Shown: piece after piece, positions 18,773-30,850 of the stretch
Numbering within the stretch: position 1 is the first letter of the stretch
Layout of the letters: every line of letters begins with the position of its first letter
DNA from: Syntrophales bacterium
GTDB taxonomy: Bacteria; Desulfobacterota; Syntrophia; Syntrophales; UBA4778
NCBI GenBank assembly: GCA_963665615.2
Contig: CAXXQE010000001.1
Span: 699,151-763,150 of the forward strand
Reading direction: 5' to 3'
Length of the DNA: 64,000 bases
Made by a program: the position numbers and the translations under genes
The notes under the pieces: generated by a model
What the model was told of the DNA's origin: nothing
What the model saw: only the letters and a program-made list of their open reading frames with translations
Database searches by the model: none

Positions 18773-20232
18773 TGCGCTGGATGAAAAAAGGATTTCACTA
18801 TAGGACTCGCTACGTCGCTGTCATGTGTATCGGTTTGATGATAACCGGTTGCACGGCTCTGCTTCCTAAGTATGTCAAGCCGGATACGAGGCTTCCGGAA
18901 CAATGGTATGCGGCAGAGAAAATCTCTGTTGACACAAAAACTGCGGAAACATCAACCTTGGCCGAATGGTGGACAACCCTTCAGGACGAGCACCTGACTC
19001 GGCTTATACAACGGGCGATCGCCGGCAATATGGACCTTAGGCTGGCCCGGTCACGTCTGCGTCAGGCGCGTGCCAGCCGGGCGGTAGCGCGTGCCGATCT
19101 CTTCCCGACGATCGACGCGACGGGAAACGCGACCAGGTCGCGGACCAGTGAAAATATCGGGGGTGGGACAACAAGCAATCTCTATGCGCTGGAGTTGGAT
19201 GCCAGTTGGGAACTGGATCTGTTTGGCGGTGTCCGCAAATCAGTGGAAGCCGCCGAGGCGGATATCGCCGCCAGTGTGGAATCGCTCCGTGACACCTTGG
19301 TATCGCTGCTTTCCGAGACCGCTCTGACATACATCGATGTGCGCGCCTACCAGCAACGGCTGAAAACGGCAGAGGCCAATCTGATCGCGCAGGAAGAAAC
19401 CTATCAGCTTGTTGTCTGGCGGAACCAGGCCGGACTGAGCGATGCCCTGGCGGTCGAGCAGGCAAAGTACAACCTGGAGAGCACGCGGTCGCAGATTCCG
19501 ACATTGAAGACCGGCCTGGAACAATCTCTCAATACGCTGGCTGTTCTCACAGGTGATCAGCCCGGCGCCTGGGATGAGGAAATGAAGCAGGAAGCAGGCG
19601 TTCCGGAAACATCCGTCCGGATTGCGCTCGGCATCCCGGCGGATCTGCTTCGCCGCCGCCCCGATATCCGCAAGGCCGAACGGGATCTGGCAGCGCAGAC
19701 AGCCCGTGTAGGTGTTGCCACAGCGGATCTTTATCCAAAGTTGACCCTGAGCGGAACAATCGGTCTGGAATCCCTTGCGCGCGGCGATCTCTTCGAGGCG
19801 GCCAGCCGGATGTTCAGTCTTGGCGGCGTGCTGACGACTCCGGTTTTTCATGGCGGCGCTATCCGTCAGAATATTGAGATTCAGTCGGCGCTGCAGGAGC
19901 AGGCCTTGTTGAGCTATGAGGCCGCGGTGCTGACGGCCCTCAAGGAGATAGAAAATGCCGTGACGGCACTAACGCAGGAAGAATTGAAACGAGAGGCACT
20001 TCAGGCAGCGGCTGCATCCGCGAAAAAGGCGGTCGAACTGTCGCAATCAAAATACGCGGCCGGGTTGAGCGATTTTTCTGCGGTGCTCGATGCCCAGCGT
20101 TCGCTATTGACCTATGAAGATGAACTGGTGCAGAGCAGGGCGACCGCGACAGGAAATTTGATTCGGTTGTACAAGGCGCTGGGCGGCGGCTGGGAATCCG
20201 TATACGGCGACGCGCAGCAAACGAAAAAGTAG
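18769..20232 (+). CDS. Outer-membrane efflux lipoprotein (NodT/OprM family); start uncertain
   Basis: Lipobox LMITGC; ASWELDLFG, PADLLRRRPDIR, LYKALGGGW. Confidence 0.93.
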   Translation: MMRWMKKGFHYRTRYVAVMCIGLMITGCTALLPKYVKPDTRLPEQWYAAEKISVDTKTAETSTLAEWWTTLQDEHLTRLIQRAIAGNMDLRLARSRLRQARASRAVARADLFPTIDATGNATRSRTSENIGGGTTSNLYALELDASWELDLFGGVRKSVEAAEADIAASVESLRDTLVSLLSETALTYIDVRAYQQRLKTAEANLIAQEETYQLVVWRNQAGLSDALAVEQAKYNLESTRSQIPTLKTGLEQSLNTLAVLTGDQPGAWDEEMKQEAGVPETSVRIALGIPADLLRRRPDIRKAERDLAAQTARVGVATADLYPKLTLSGTIGLESLARGDLFEAASRMFSLGGVLTTPVFHGGAIRQNIEIQSALQEQALLSYEAAVLTALKEIENAVTALTQEELKREALQAAAASAKKAVELSQSKYAAGLSDFSAVLDAQRSLLTYEDELVQSRATATGNLIRLYKALGGGWESVYGDAQQTKK

Positions 20233-20250
20233 GAAAGAACGGAGCATAAG

Positions 20251-21539
20251 ATGCAGGACAAATCACGCATGGACGCGGAACAACTCTTGAAGGAAAAGCG
20301 GAATCTGTTTTCGCACTGGACGCGCAGGAAAATCCTGCTGATCGGAATTGCTCTGATTGTCGTCATGGTTGTTGCCGGGCTTCTTTGGAAAGGGCACAGC
20401 CAGTCGGGTGCGCCACAGTATCAGACCGCCGAGGTTCAGCGCGGCGATCTGACCGTTGAAGTCAGCGCGACGGGGACGTTGCAGCCGACCAATGAAGTCG
20501 ATGTCAGCAGCGAATTGTCGGGCATTATGAAAACCGTTGAGGCGGACTATAACGACCGGGTTAAGGTCGGACAGGTTCTGGCGCGCCTCGATACGACCAA
20601 GCTCGATGCGCAACTCACGCAGTCGCTTGCAGCCCTCGAATCCAGTCGCGCAAAACTGCTGGAAGCCGAGGCCACGGTAGCCGAGAAGACGAGCAAGCGC
20701 GCGCAGTACCTGCGGGTCCGGGAAATGAGCAAGGGCAAGGTGCCGTCGCAGACAGAGATGGACGCCGCGGATGCCGACTGGGCAAGGGCCAAGGCAGATG
20801 CGGCCTCCGCGAAAGCAGCCGTCAGCCAGGCCGAGGCCACGGTGGCCGCGAACAAGACCGATCTCGGCAAGGCAGTGATCCGCTCGCCGATCAACGGCAT
20901 CGTCATTACGCGCAGCATCGAGCCGGGCCAGACAGTTGCGGCGTCTCTTTCCGCGCCTACGCTCTTCACGCTTGCGGAGGATCTGACCCGGATGGAATTG
21001 CGGGTCGATGTGGATGAGGCCGACGTCGGCAAGGTCAGGGTGGGGCAACAGGCGAGCTTTACCGTGGATGCCTATCCGAACCGCAGCTTTCAGGCGACGA
21101 TCCGGCAGATCCGCTATGGCTCTTCAACCACGGACGGCGTGGTGACCTACAAGACCATCCTGACGGTGAGCAATCCGGACATGCAGTTGCGGCCTGGGAT
21201 GACGGCGACCGCCGATATCACAGTCAGGCAGGTGGCGAATGCTCTGCTGGTGCCCAGCGCGGCGCTGCGCTTCGTGCCGTCTGTCAAGCAACAGAATAAG
21301 CCCTCACGGGGGCTTGTGGCGTCGCTGCTGCCCGGGCCGCCGCGGCAACCCGATAAGCAAGTGGAAACCGTCAATGCGGGAAAAGAAAAGCAGCAGACGC
21401 TATGGGTTATGAACAAGGGACAACTGACGCCGGTCAGTGTGGCGGTCGGCGAGACCGACGGCAAGATGACGGTCGTGACTTCAGGCGATCTCAAGCCGGG
21501 CATGCAGATCGTGACGGATACCGCAGCAGGAGAAACCAA

Positions 21540-21543
<4 letters not shown>
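20251..21543 (+). CDS. Periplasmic adaptor subunit (MacA-like)
   Basis: N-terminal TM; SATGTLQP, IRSPINGIV, VDEADVG, LRPGMTA. Confidence 0.92.
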
Positions 21544-22273
<730 letters not shown>

Positions 22274-22283
<10 letters not shown>

Positions 22284-23479
22284 ATACGATTTTGCTGGCC
22301 TTCCGGGCCATCCGGAGAAACAAGATGCGGTCCTTTCTCACGATTCTCGGCATCATCATCGGTGTGGCCGCAGTCATCACGATGGTGACCATCGGTGGCG
22401 GCGCTACGGCCAAAGTGAAGGAGCAGATCTCCAGCCTGGGGAACAATGTCCTCATGGTGACGGTCGGCAAACGAATGGGCGCGGGGCAGTCCGCATCGGC
22501 GCCGTCGTTCAAGCTGGCCGATGTGACGGCCATGACCCGTGATATCAGCGCTGTTTCTGCAGCCGCACCGATCGCGTCGAAATCCATGAAGGCCGTGTTC
22601 GGAAACCAGAACTGGTCCACAACGGTCAGAGGAACGGATGACGAATATCTCAAGGTGAGCAATACAGCGCTTGCCTCTGGCCGCTCGTTCAGCGAAAGCG
22701 AAATGCGCGCCGGAGCGGCTGTCTGCCTGATTGGTGAAACAGTACGGACAAAGTTATTCGGAGGTCAGAATCCGATCGGGGATCGGATCAGGCTGGAGAA
22801 GCTCTCCTGCGAGGTCATTGGAGTTCTGGCGAGCAAGGGCCAGAACACGATGGGCATGGACCAGGACGATCTTGTAGTGATTCCGGTCCGTGCCTACCAT
22901 CGCCGGATAGCCGGCAACCAGGATGTATCGCTCATCCAGGTTTCGGTGCGTGACGGCCTATCGACGGAAAAGACCAAAACGGAGATTGAACGGCTAATGC
23001 GGGAACGTCGTCACATCACGTCGAATGAAGAGGATAACTTCATGGTGATGGACATGAAAGAGATCGCCAACATGGTGACAGGAACGACACGGCTCCTCAC
23101 GGCGCTTCTAGGCGCGGTAGCAGCGGTGAGTCTTCTGGTCGGCGGGATCGGCATCATGAACATCATGCTGGTGTCGGTGACCGAGCGGACCCGCGAAATA
23201 GGTATCCGTCTGGCCATCGGCGCCCTGGAGGGAGAAGTCCTCATGCAGTTTTTGATCGAGGCGGTGGTCCTGTCTTCGCTGGGAGGCGTTCTGGGAATCC
23301 TCCTGGCGCTGGCGGCTTCCGCCGTGCTGGCACAAGTACTGGACGTTCCGTTTATCCTGAACAGCAGGATTATCGTGTTATCGTTTCTCTTTTCTGCGGC
23401 GGTCGGGGTTCTCTTCGGCTATTTTCCCGCCCTCAAGGCCGCCCGTCTCGACCCGATCGAGGCGTTGCGCTATGAATAA
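22274..23479 (+). CDS. MacB-type ABC permease
   Basis: RSFLTILGIIIGVAAV, GGIGIMNIMLVSVTERTREIGIR, PIEALRYE. Confidence 0.95.
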
Positions 23480-23489
23480 GGATTTTGTC

Positions 23490-24221
23490 TTACTTGCCGA
23501 AAACGGTTTTTAAGAGATCGGTTACGCGTGCCGCCGGGTCGGTCCGAATCTTCTTTTCCTCTTCCCCGATCATGAAAAAGAGGCCGTCAAGCGTCTTGTT
23601 TGTGACGTAGTGATTGAGATCCATGTTGTCCTTCGGTGCAAAGGGCAGAGCCTCGACCGGGGTCATGAAGTCCTTGTAGGCTCGGGCGACGCCGACCTTC
23701 TGCATGCTGGATGAAACAATCGGTTTGAACGCTTCATAGAGTTTTGCCGATGTCTTTTGTTTGAAGAATTCCGTGGCCGCCGTATCACCTCCCTGCAGGA
23801 TGCCGCGGGCATCGTCCAGCGTCATCTCCTTGATCGCCTGCACGAAGAGTTGAGTTGCCTTGGGAGCAGCTTTTTCCGCCGCACGGTTCATGCTGACAAT
23901 CAGGTCGTCCACCTGCTTCTGATATCCCAGCGTTCCCGCTACCTCCGCCACCTTCTGGATGCGGTCGGGAAGGAGGATCTTGATCTTGTCGTTGGCGAAA
24001 AATCCGTCTGTTTTCGAGACGGACTTGACTGCATTTTGGGTTCCGACGGTGAGAGCCTCCTTGAGGCCAGAGACGGTCGTTTTGGTATCCGGGGCTGTCC
24101 CGGCGGAATCGGGAGAGGTCGTGACCATGTCTTTGAGAAAGTCTAATGTTCCTGCATAGCCTGTCGATATCCAAATAATCAACACGACAAAGATCGTTGC
24201 TGTCTGTGAAAAGACTTTCAT
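23490..24221 (-). CDS. DUF4197 family exported protein
   Basis: Signal peptide; GLKEAL, SMNRAAE, EEKKIRTDPAARVTDLLKTVFG; RBS GGAGG before ATG 24221. Confidence 0.85.
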   Translation of the reverse strand: MKVFSQTATIFVVLIIWISTGYAGTLDFLKDMVTTSPDSAGTAPDTKTTVSGLKEALTVGTQNAVKSVSKTDGFFANDKIKILLPDRIQKVAEVAGTLGYQKQVDDLIVSMNRAAEKAAPKATQLFVQAIKEMTLDDARGILQGGDTAATEFFKQKTSAKLYEAFKPIVSSSMQKVGVARAYKDFMTPVEALPFAPKDNMDLNHYVTNKTLDGLFFMIGEEEKKIRTDPAARVTDLLKTVFGK

Positions 24222-24985
24222 GGCGTCCTCCAAGTTTTTTTTATAAGAATATCACTCCTTGTGCATGGAAAACAGGAAAAATGCAGATAAAAGGCCTCTG
24301 TCGGGGACTTGGGCCTGCATGTCTATCTTTGTTATAACCTTGTAAAATTGCATTGAAATGTCGTATTCCTCTATTTGGTACATCTACGCGGAGCCTCTGG
24401 AGACGACGGCAAAAAACCCAGCGATTTTTAATGACATAGATATGGAAATAATTTTTAAGATCGATTATAATGCGCCACCAAATGAGGCGACGACCATTGC
24501 ATGCGTGAACCGGGGGCGTTCTGCCGGGGCCATTCACGAGCTATTTTATAAGCGGTATTCGGAAAGGGGAAAGATCCGGCATTAGAGCCGCAAACAACCG
24601 AAGTCGAGAGATTAGCTGCCCGCATTGCTTTAGTAGTTAGGCTGGTTTTCAATAATCTCTTCGGAGAAGGAAGTGAAAATAGAGGAGAAGCTGGAACCGG
24701 CCCACAACGTTCCGGTTTTATTTATGGACCGGACCCGTTATATGGAATCCCGATATTCCAATCTCATTCCCCATCTATCATCCGTTAACTCTCCGCGACA
24801 ATCCGTTGCCCAGACGTCATACGTACGGTCTTCATAAAGAGTCGTATCTTACGAACGATCCGGCCTGTTTTTAAAAGAATCGGGACGGTCATGTTTCTTG
24901 AGGGTGTGGAATCCTAAGGGGTTCTGCGGAATGAAACGCTACGACATAGAATACATGTAGAAAATTTATCATTGAGGGGAAAAAT

Positions 24986-26776
24986 ATGAGCGCTGTTAAC
25001 TTAACCATCGACAATATCAAAGTGTCAGTTGCACCCGGAACGACGATCCAGCAGGCTGCACAGCAGGCAGGTATTCATATTCCAACTCTGTGTGCCATGA
25101 CGAGTATCAATCATACGCCAGGCGCCTGCCGAGTCTGTATGGTGGAGGTAGAGGGGCAGAGGTCGCTTGTCGCGTCCTGTGTGTTCCCCGTTTCCGAAGG
25201 CATGGTGGTTCGCACCACGACGCAGCGAGTTCGCGCGGCCAGAAAAATGGTGGTCGAACTGCTTCTTGCCAATCATCCGACCGAGTGCAATCAGTGTATC
25301 CGCAATGGCAATTGCGATCTCCAGAAGGTTGCCGAGCAGGCCGGCATCCGCGAGGTGCGTTTCGAGATCCCCACTTTCCAAAAGGAAAGCTTGATCGACA
25401 AGTCGAGCCCCTCCGTGACGCGCGACAGCAGAAAGTGCATTAACTGTCATCGCTGCATCACCGTTTGCGATGAAATTCAGACAGTCAAGGTTTTGACCCC
25501 GGCGGGGCGCGGCAGTGAAGTGAAGGTCGTTCCAGCCTTTGATCTTCCCTTACTGGAGACGAACTGTACGGGTTGTGGTCAATGCATCCTGGTCTGCCCC
25601 GTTGGTGCGCTGTATGAAAAAGACGATACCGAAGGCGTCTGGAAGGCCCTGCAGGATCCGACGAAGCACGTGATCGTTCAGGAAGCGCCTGCCATTCGCG
25701 CGAACCTCGGCGAGGAGTTCGGTCTGCCCCCCGGAACGCTCGTGACGGGCAAGATGGTTGCGGCCCTGCGCCGACTCGGTTTCGACAAGGTCTTCGATAC
25801 GAACTTTACGGCGGATCTGACGATCATTGAAGAGGGCAACGAGCTTCTGAAACGCGTGAAGGAAGGCGGCACACTGCCGATGATCACCTCGTGCAGCCCT
25901 GGCTGGATCAAGTTTTGCGAGCACTATTATCCGGAACTGCTTGACAACCTCTCGACCTGCAAGTCTCCGCAGCAGATGTTCGGTGCACTCGCGAAGACCT
26001 ATTATGCGCAGTTTGCCGGCATCGATCCTAAGGATATCGTCTCCGTTTCCATCATGCCCTGCACCTCCAAGAAGTTCGAGGCCAATCGCGCCGAGATGAA
26101 GAGCAGCGGTTACCAGGATGTCGATTACGTTCTGACGACTCGCGAGGTGGCCCGGATGATCAAGGAGGCGGGTATCGATTTTATAAACCTGCCTGACGAA
26201 GATCACGATGCCCCGATGGGCGAATACACCGGCGCAGCAACGATTTTCGGCGCCACAGGCGGCGTTATGGAAGCCGCACTCCGCACAGTTTACGCGGTTG
26301 TAACGGGCGAGAACCTGGCCGATCTGAACGTGACGCCGGTTCGCGGTCTCGACGGTGTGAAGGAGGCGACTGTTCAAGTGGGCGCTCTGGGCAATGTCAA
26401 GGTGGCCGTTGCACACGGTCTGTCCAATGCTCGTAAGGTCATGGATCAGATCCGCGACAAGAAGGCAGACTGGGCCTTTGTTGAAATCATGTGTTGCCCC
26501 GGTGGCTGCGTTTCCGGCGGTGGATCACCGATTCCAACCTGCGACGAAATCCGGTCACTGCGCGCCGGCGCGCTTTACAAGGACGACGGTTCGGTTCGTC
26601 AGTATCGTCAGTCCCATGAAAACCCCGCGGTGAAGAAGCTTTATGAGATTTTCCTGAAGGAGCCGCTGGGCCACAAGTCCCATGAACTGCTTCATACGCA
26701 TTACACCAAGCGGGGCATTGAACTGCCTCAGCACGATGTCATGGGGAAAGAGGGAGAGCATCCGAAAGGACATTAA
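24986..26776 (+). CDS. hydA: [FeFe]-hydrogenase catalytic subunit, group A (2Fe-2S, His-ligated 4Fe-4S, 2x4Fe-4S, H-cluster)
   Basis: H-cluster motifs TSCSPGW, MPCTSKKFE, EIMCCPGGCVSGGG; C-terminal SHELLHTHY. Confidence 0.96.
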   Translation: MSAVNLTIDNIKVSVAPGTTIQQAAQQAGIHIPTLCAMTSINHTPGACRVCMVEVEGQRSLVASCVFPVSEGMVVRTTTQRVRAARKMVVELLLANHPTECNQCIRNGNCDLQKVAEQAGIREVRFEIPTFQKESLIDKSSPSVTRDSRKCINCHRCITVCDEIQTVKVLTPAGRGSEVKVVPAFDLPLLETNCTGCGQCILVCPVGALYEKDDTEGVWKALQDPTKHVIVQEAPAIRANLGEEFGLPPGTLVTGKMVAALRRLGFDKVFDTNFTADLTIIEEGNELLKRVKEGGTLPMITSCSPGWIKFCEHYYPELLDNLSTCKSPQQMFGALAKTYYAQFAGIDPKDIVSVSIMPCTSKKFEANRAEMKSSGYQDVDYVLTTREVARMIKEAGIDFINLPDEDHDAPMGEYTGAATIFGATGGVMEAALRTVYAVVTGENLADLNVTPVRGLDGVKEATVQVGALGNVKVAVAHGLSNARKVMDQIRDKKADWAFVEIMCCPGGCVSGGGSPIPTCDEIRSLRAGALYKDDGSVRQYRQSHENPAVKKLYEIFLKEPLGHKSHELLHTHYTKRGIELPQHDVMGKEGEHPKGH

Positions 26777-26806
26777 ATTTCAGCCGGTCGATTGACAGCA
26801 ACGGAT

Positions 26807-28201
26807 ATGGCGGACCGCATCGAAAAGGACTTGCTCGGCGAGTTGATGATTTCTCCGCATGTTTATTGGGGGATTCACACCGAGAGGGCGATTCGTAATT
26901 TCCCGATCAGTGGTTATCGTGTTCCTGCATCCCTGATCATGTCCTTGGCGTGCGTCAAGAAGGCCTGCTGCCTGGCCAATACCGAGGCCGGTTATCTGAA
27001 GGGTGATAAGGTTTCCGCCATCCTGACCGCCTGCGATGAGATCGCAGAAGGCCGGATGGCGGATCAGTTTCCGGTGGACGCTCTTCAGGGGGGAGCAGGA
27101 ACCTCTACCAACATGAATGTCAATGAGGTGATTGCCAATCGTGCTATCGAAATTCTCGGTGGCCGGATCGGTGATTACACGCTCGTTCATCCTCTCGACG
27201 ATATTAATCTCCACCAGTCCACCAACGATGTCTATCCCACGGCCGTTAAAATTGCCGGGATCAGAGGACTGCGCAAACTGAGTGCGGCGGTCGCCCGGCT
27301 TCAGGGTGCTTTCCAGAAGAAGGAAAAAGAATTCGGCAAAATTGTCAAAATTGGTCGTACCGAGTTGCAGGAGGCTGTTCCACTTACGCTGGGCGTCGAA
27401 TTCTCCGCCTTTGCAGAGGCGATGTCACGGGATCGCTGGCGCACCTTCAAATGTGAGGAGCGTTTAAGGGTAGTCAATTTAGGGGGCACGGCCATCGGAA
27501 CGGGGATCACCGCCCCACGCGACTATATCTTCTCGGCGGTCGAAAAGCTTCGCGACGTGACGGGGCTGGGGCTTTCGCGGGGTGAAAACCTGGCCGGGGA
27601 GACGGCCAATGCCGATACCTTCGTAGAGGTGTCTGGAATCCTCAAGGCTCACGCGGCCAATCTGATCAAGATCTCTAACGACCTGAGGCTTCTGAATTTC
27701 ATCGGCGAGATCAGGCTTCCGCCGCTGCAGGCCGGCTCCTCGATCATGCCGGGAAAGGTCAACCCGGTTTTGTTGGAGGCGGCGATGCAGGTGGGGATGA
27801 AGGTTGTTGCCAACGATCAGCTGATTGCTGAAGTTGCCAGCCGCGGCACCTGGCAGATCAATGAGTTTTTGCCCCTCTTGGCCTATGCCCTTCTGGAATC
27901 GTTGGATATGCTGGAAAAGATCAACGGCCTTCTGGCCGAGCATGTCGATAGGATCCAGGCAGATGAATCCAGGTGTCGGTGTCATTTCGACCAAAGCCCC
28001 ATGATTGTCACGGCCCTTCTGCCCTATATCGGGTATGATAAGGCAACAGCAATCCTCCAGGAGTTCAAAGGTCAGAGCGGCAAGACCATGCGGGCCTTTC
28101 TGGACGAAAAACTGGGAGCGGATAGAATCGAAAAAATTTTCTCGCCTTTTCAATTAACGGCGCTGGGATTTAAATGTGATGGAGACGACACCGAAGGGTA
28201 A
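26807..28201 (+). CDS. aspA: Aspartate ammonia-lyase-like protein
   Basis: QGGAGTSTNMNVNEV, QSTNDVYPT, GSSIMPGKVNP fumarase/aspartase signature. Confidence 0.88.
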   Translation: MADRIEKDLLGELMISPHVYWGIHTERAIRNFPISGYRVPASLIMSLACVKKACCLANTEAGYLKGDKVSAILTACDEIAEGRMADQFPVDALQGGAGTSTNMNVNEVIANRAIEILGGRIGDYTLVHPLDDINLHQSTNDVYPTAVKIAGIRGLRKLSAAVARLQGAFQKKEKEFGKIVKIGRTELQEAVPLTLGVEFSAFAEAMSRDRWRTFKCEERLRVVNLGGTAIGTGITAPRDYIFSAVEKLRDVTGLGLSRGENLAGETANADTFVEVSGILKAHAANLIKISNDLRLLNFIGEIRLPPLQAGSSIMPGKVNPVLLEAAMQVGMKVVANDQLIAEVASRGTWQINEFLPLLAYALLESLDMLEKINGLLAEHVDRIQADESRCRCHFDQSPMIVTALLPYIGYDKATAILQEFKGQSGKTMRAFLDEKLGADRIEKIFSPFQLTALGFKCDGDDTEG

Positions 28202-29432
28202 CAGACTGCACATTGCCTTGCTGGGGCGAACCAACGTTGGAAAGTCGAGCCTCCTCAATTTTCTTGTCGGGCAGGATATCGCCATTACCTCTCCTATTTC
28301 AGGAACCACCACGGACATCGTCGAAAAGGCCGCGGAACTGCTTCCGCTCGGGCCTGTACTGTTTCTGGATACCGCCGGGCTGGACGACAACTCGGTTCTG
28401 GCGGAGGCGCGCCTGAAAAAGACGGGCAAGATTTTCGGACGCGCGGATGTGATTCTACTCGTTACGGAACCCGATGTCTGGACGGATTACGAAGAGTCAG
28501 TTCTGGCGGCTGCTCGGAATAACAAGATTCCCTTTATTGTCATTGTCAACAAGATCGATGTGCGCGAGCCATCGCCCGAATGGCTGGAGAGCCTTCGCAA
28601 AAAATCGAAGCACATTATGACCGTGAGCTGTCTGGACACAGCGCGGCGCGATATTCATGTCGATACCCTAAAGCGACTTCTGATCGAGGTATCCCCGGAC
28701 GAATTCGTCACAACGCCTTCCCTGGTTGGAGATCTGGTGCCAGCGGGCGGCGTTGCCGTGCTGGTGACGCCTATCGATCTGCAGGCCCCGAAAGGGAGGC
28801 TGATCCTGCCGCAGGTGCAGACGATCCGCGATGCCCTGGACTGCGATGCGGCAGCCGTTGTCGTGAAGGAAAGGGAACTGTCCCCGATGCTCGCCTATCT
28901 TAACAGGCCCCCCGATGTCGTGATCTGTGATTCCCAGGCGATTCTGAAGGTGTCGGCCGATGTGCCCAAAGAGATTCCCTGCACGACCTTTTCGATTCTC
29001 TTCAACCGGCAAAAGGGTGATCTGGTCGCTGCGGCTGAAGGTGTAACTCAAATTGATGCCCTGAAACCGGGCGACAAGGTTCTCATTGCCGAAGCCTGTT
29101 CGCACCATGCCCTCGAGGACGATATTGGACGCGTGAAGATTCCCAGATGGCTCCGTCAGTATGTTGGCGCGGAACTCGACGTGACAGTTTACGCGGGGCG
29201 CGACTTTCCGGAGAACCTTCTGGACTATCGGTTGATTATTCATTGCGGGGCCTGTATGCTGACACGTAGGGAGATGCTGTACCGGATGCAGCAGGCCAGG
29301 GAGGCGGGGGTTCCAATAACGAACTACGGCGTGGCGATATCCTTCTTGCAAGGGGTCGCCAGAAGGGTGCTGTCGCCGTTCCCTTCGGCTCTGATGGCGT
29401 TTGAACGCCGGATGAAAGCGTTGAAGAAGTGA
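28179..29432 (+). CDS. hydF: [FeFe]-hydrogenase maturation GTPase
   Basis: GRTNVGKS, GTTTD, DTAG, NKID; EACSH and HCGAC Fe-S ligands. Confidence 0.96.
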   Translation: METTPKGNRLHIALLGRTNVGKSSLLNFLVGQDIAITSPISGTTTDIVEKAAELLPLGPVLFLDTAGLDDNSVLAEARLKKTGKIFGRADVILLVTEPDVWTDYEESVLAAARNNKIPFIVIVNKIDVREPSPEWLESLRKKSKHIMTVSCLDTARRDIHVDTLKRLLIEVSPDEFVTTPSLVGDLVPAGGVAVLVTPIDLQAPKGRLILPQVQTIRDALDCDAAAVVVKERELSPMLAYLNRPPDVVICDSQAILKVSADVPKEIPCTTFSILFNRQKGDLVAAAEGVTQIDALKPGDKVLIAEACSHHALEDDIGRVKIPRWLRQYVGAELDVTVYAGRDFPENLLDYRLIIHCGACMLTRREMLYRMQQAREAGVPITNYGVAISFLQGVARRVLSPFPSALMAFERRMKALKK

Positions 29433-29445
29433 GGATAAAGATAAC

Positions 29446-30843
29446 ATGAAAGACTTCATTGAAAAGGCCAATATCGAGCAGGTTCTGGAGGATTCGAAAA
29501 ATCCGGATCCGGAGCACGTAAAAGATATCATTGCAAAGGCCAGGGAACTTAAGGGATTGACCCCGCATGAAACGGCTGTGCTGCTTCAGACGGATGATCC
29601 GGAACTCGCCGAGGCGATGGCCGAGACGGCGCGTTACATCAAAAATACGATCTACGGCAACCGGTTGGTGATCTTTGCTCCGCTCTATATCGCCAATTAC
29701 TGCTCCAACAATTGCCTGTACTGCGGCTTCCGCCGAGACAACAAGGACCTGAAGCGGGTGGCGCTGAGCATGGACGAGATAGCGGACGAGGTACGGGCGC
29801 TGGAGAGAGAAGGGCACAAGCGCCTTCTCATGCTGAGTGGCGAGCATCCCAAGACCTCCAGTTTCGATTATTTCCTGGAGTCCATTGAACTGGCCTATTC
29901 CATCAAAACGGAAAACGGGGGCGAGATCCGCCGGATCAATGTGGAAATTGCGCCGCAGACCGTCGAGAATTTCAAACGCCTCAAGGCAACGAACATCGGA
30001 ACGTACGTCCTCTTCCAGGAGACCTATCATCGCGAAACTTACAAAGTCATGCATCCGACGGGGATCAAGGCGGATTACGAGTGGCGTCTGTCCGCCATGG
30101 ATCGCGCGATGGAGGCGGGAATCGACGATGTCGGCATCGGTGCGCTCCTGGGCCTGACAGATTACAAATATGATGTCCTCGGAATGCTCTTCCATGCCCT
30201 GCATCTGGAAGAGGTCTTCGGCGTCGGTCCGCACACGATCTCAGTTCCCCGGCTGGAAGCGGCGCTCAATGCCCCGGCGGCGATCAAGCCGCCTATGGCT
30301 GTCACCGACGATCAGTTCAAGAAGCTCGTTACTGTTATCCGCCTGGCGGTTCCCTACACGGGAATGATCCTGTCCACGCGCGAGTCCCAGCAGATTCGTC
30401 AGGAGGTTTTCGAACTGGGGATCTCTCAGATCAGCGCGGGTTCGCGCACTGATCCCGGCGGCTACCGCAAGGGCGGAGGAGACGAGGCCTTCCGCGCTGC
30501 CCAGTTCAATCTTGGCGATACTCGGACGCTCGACGAGGTCATTCATGACATCGCCCTCAAGGGGCATGTGCCCAGCTTCTGCACAGCCTGTTACCGGCGC
30601 GGCCGTACAGGCAAGGATTTCATGGATCTGGCCAAACCGGGCTTTATCCAGAAGTACTGTCATATCAATTCGGTATTAACCTTCAAGGAGTATCTCGAAG
30701 ACTATGCGACGTCGGAGACTAAACAGATCGGCGAAGAGTTGATTCAGAAGGTTGTCGACCGGACGGAAAAGGAAAGTACGCGCGAGATGCTCAGAGAGCG
30801 GCTCAAGGAACTCGAGACCGGAAAACGCGATCTCTACATTTAG
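29446..30843 (+). CDS. hydG: [FeFe]-hydrogenase maturation radical SAM enzyme
   Basis: FAPLYIANYCSNNCLYCGF, GPHTISVPR, C-terminal SFCTACYR auxiliary cluster motif. Confidence 0.96.
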   Translation: MKDFIEKANIEQVLEDSKNPDPEHVKDIIAKARELKGLTPHETAVLLQTDDPELAEAMAETARYIKNTIYGNRLVIFAPLYIANYCSNNCLYCGFRRDNKDLKRVALSMDEIADEVRALEREGHKRLLMLSGEHPKTSSFDYFLESIELAYSIKTENGGEIRRINVEIAPQTVENFKRLKATNIGTYVLFQETYHRETYKVMHPTGIKADYEWRLSAMDRAMEAGIDDVGIGALLGLTDYKYDVLGMLFHALHLEEVFGVGPHTISVPRLEAALNAPAAIKPPMAVTDDQFKKLVTVIRLAVPYTGMILSTRESQQIRQEVFELGISQISAGSRTDPGGYRKGGGDEAFRAAQFNLGDTRTLDEVIHDIALKGHVPSFCTACYRRGRTGKDFMDLAKPGFIQKYCHINSVLTFKEYLEDYATSETKQIGEELIQKVVDRTEKESTREMLRERLKELETGKRDLYI

Positions 30844-30850
30844 GGTTTCC

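Noticed and set aside
24241..24652. Short ORFs upstream of hydA (24241-24537, 24358-24585, 24455-24652)
   Set aside because: No recognisable motifs or convincing RBS; they overlap one another in a probable regulatory region
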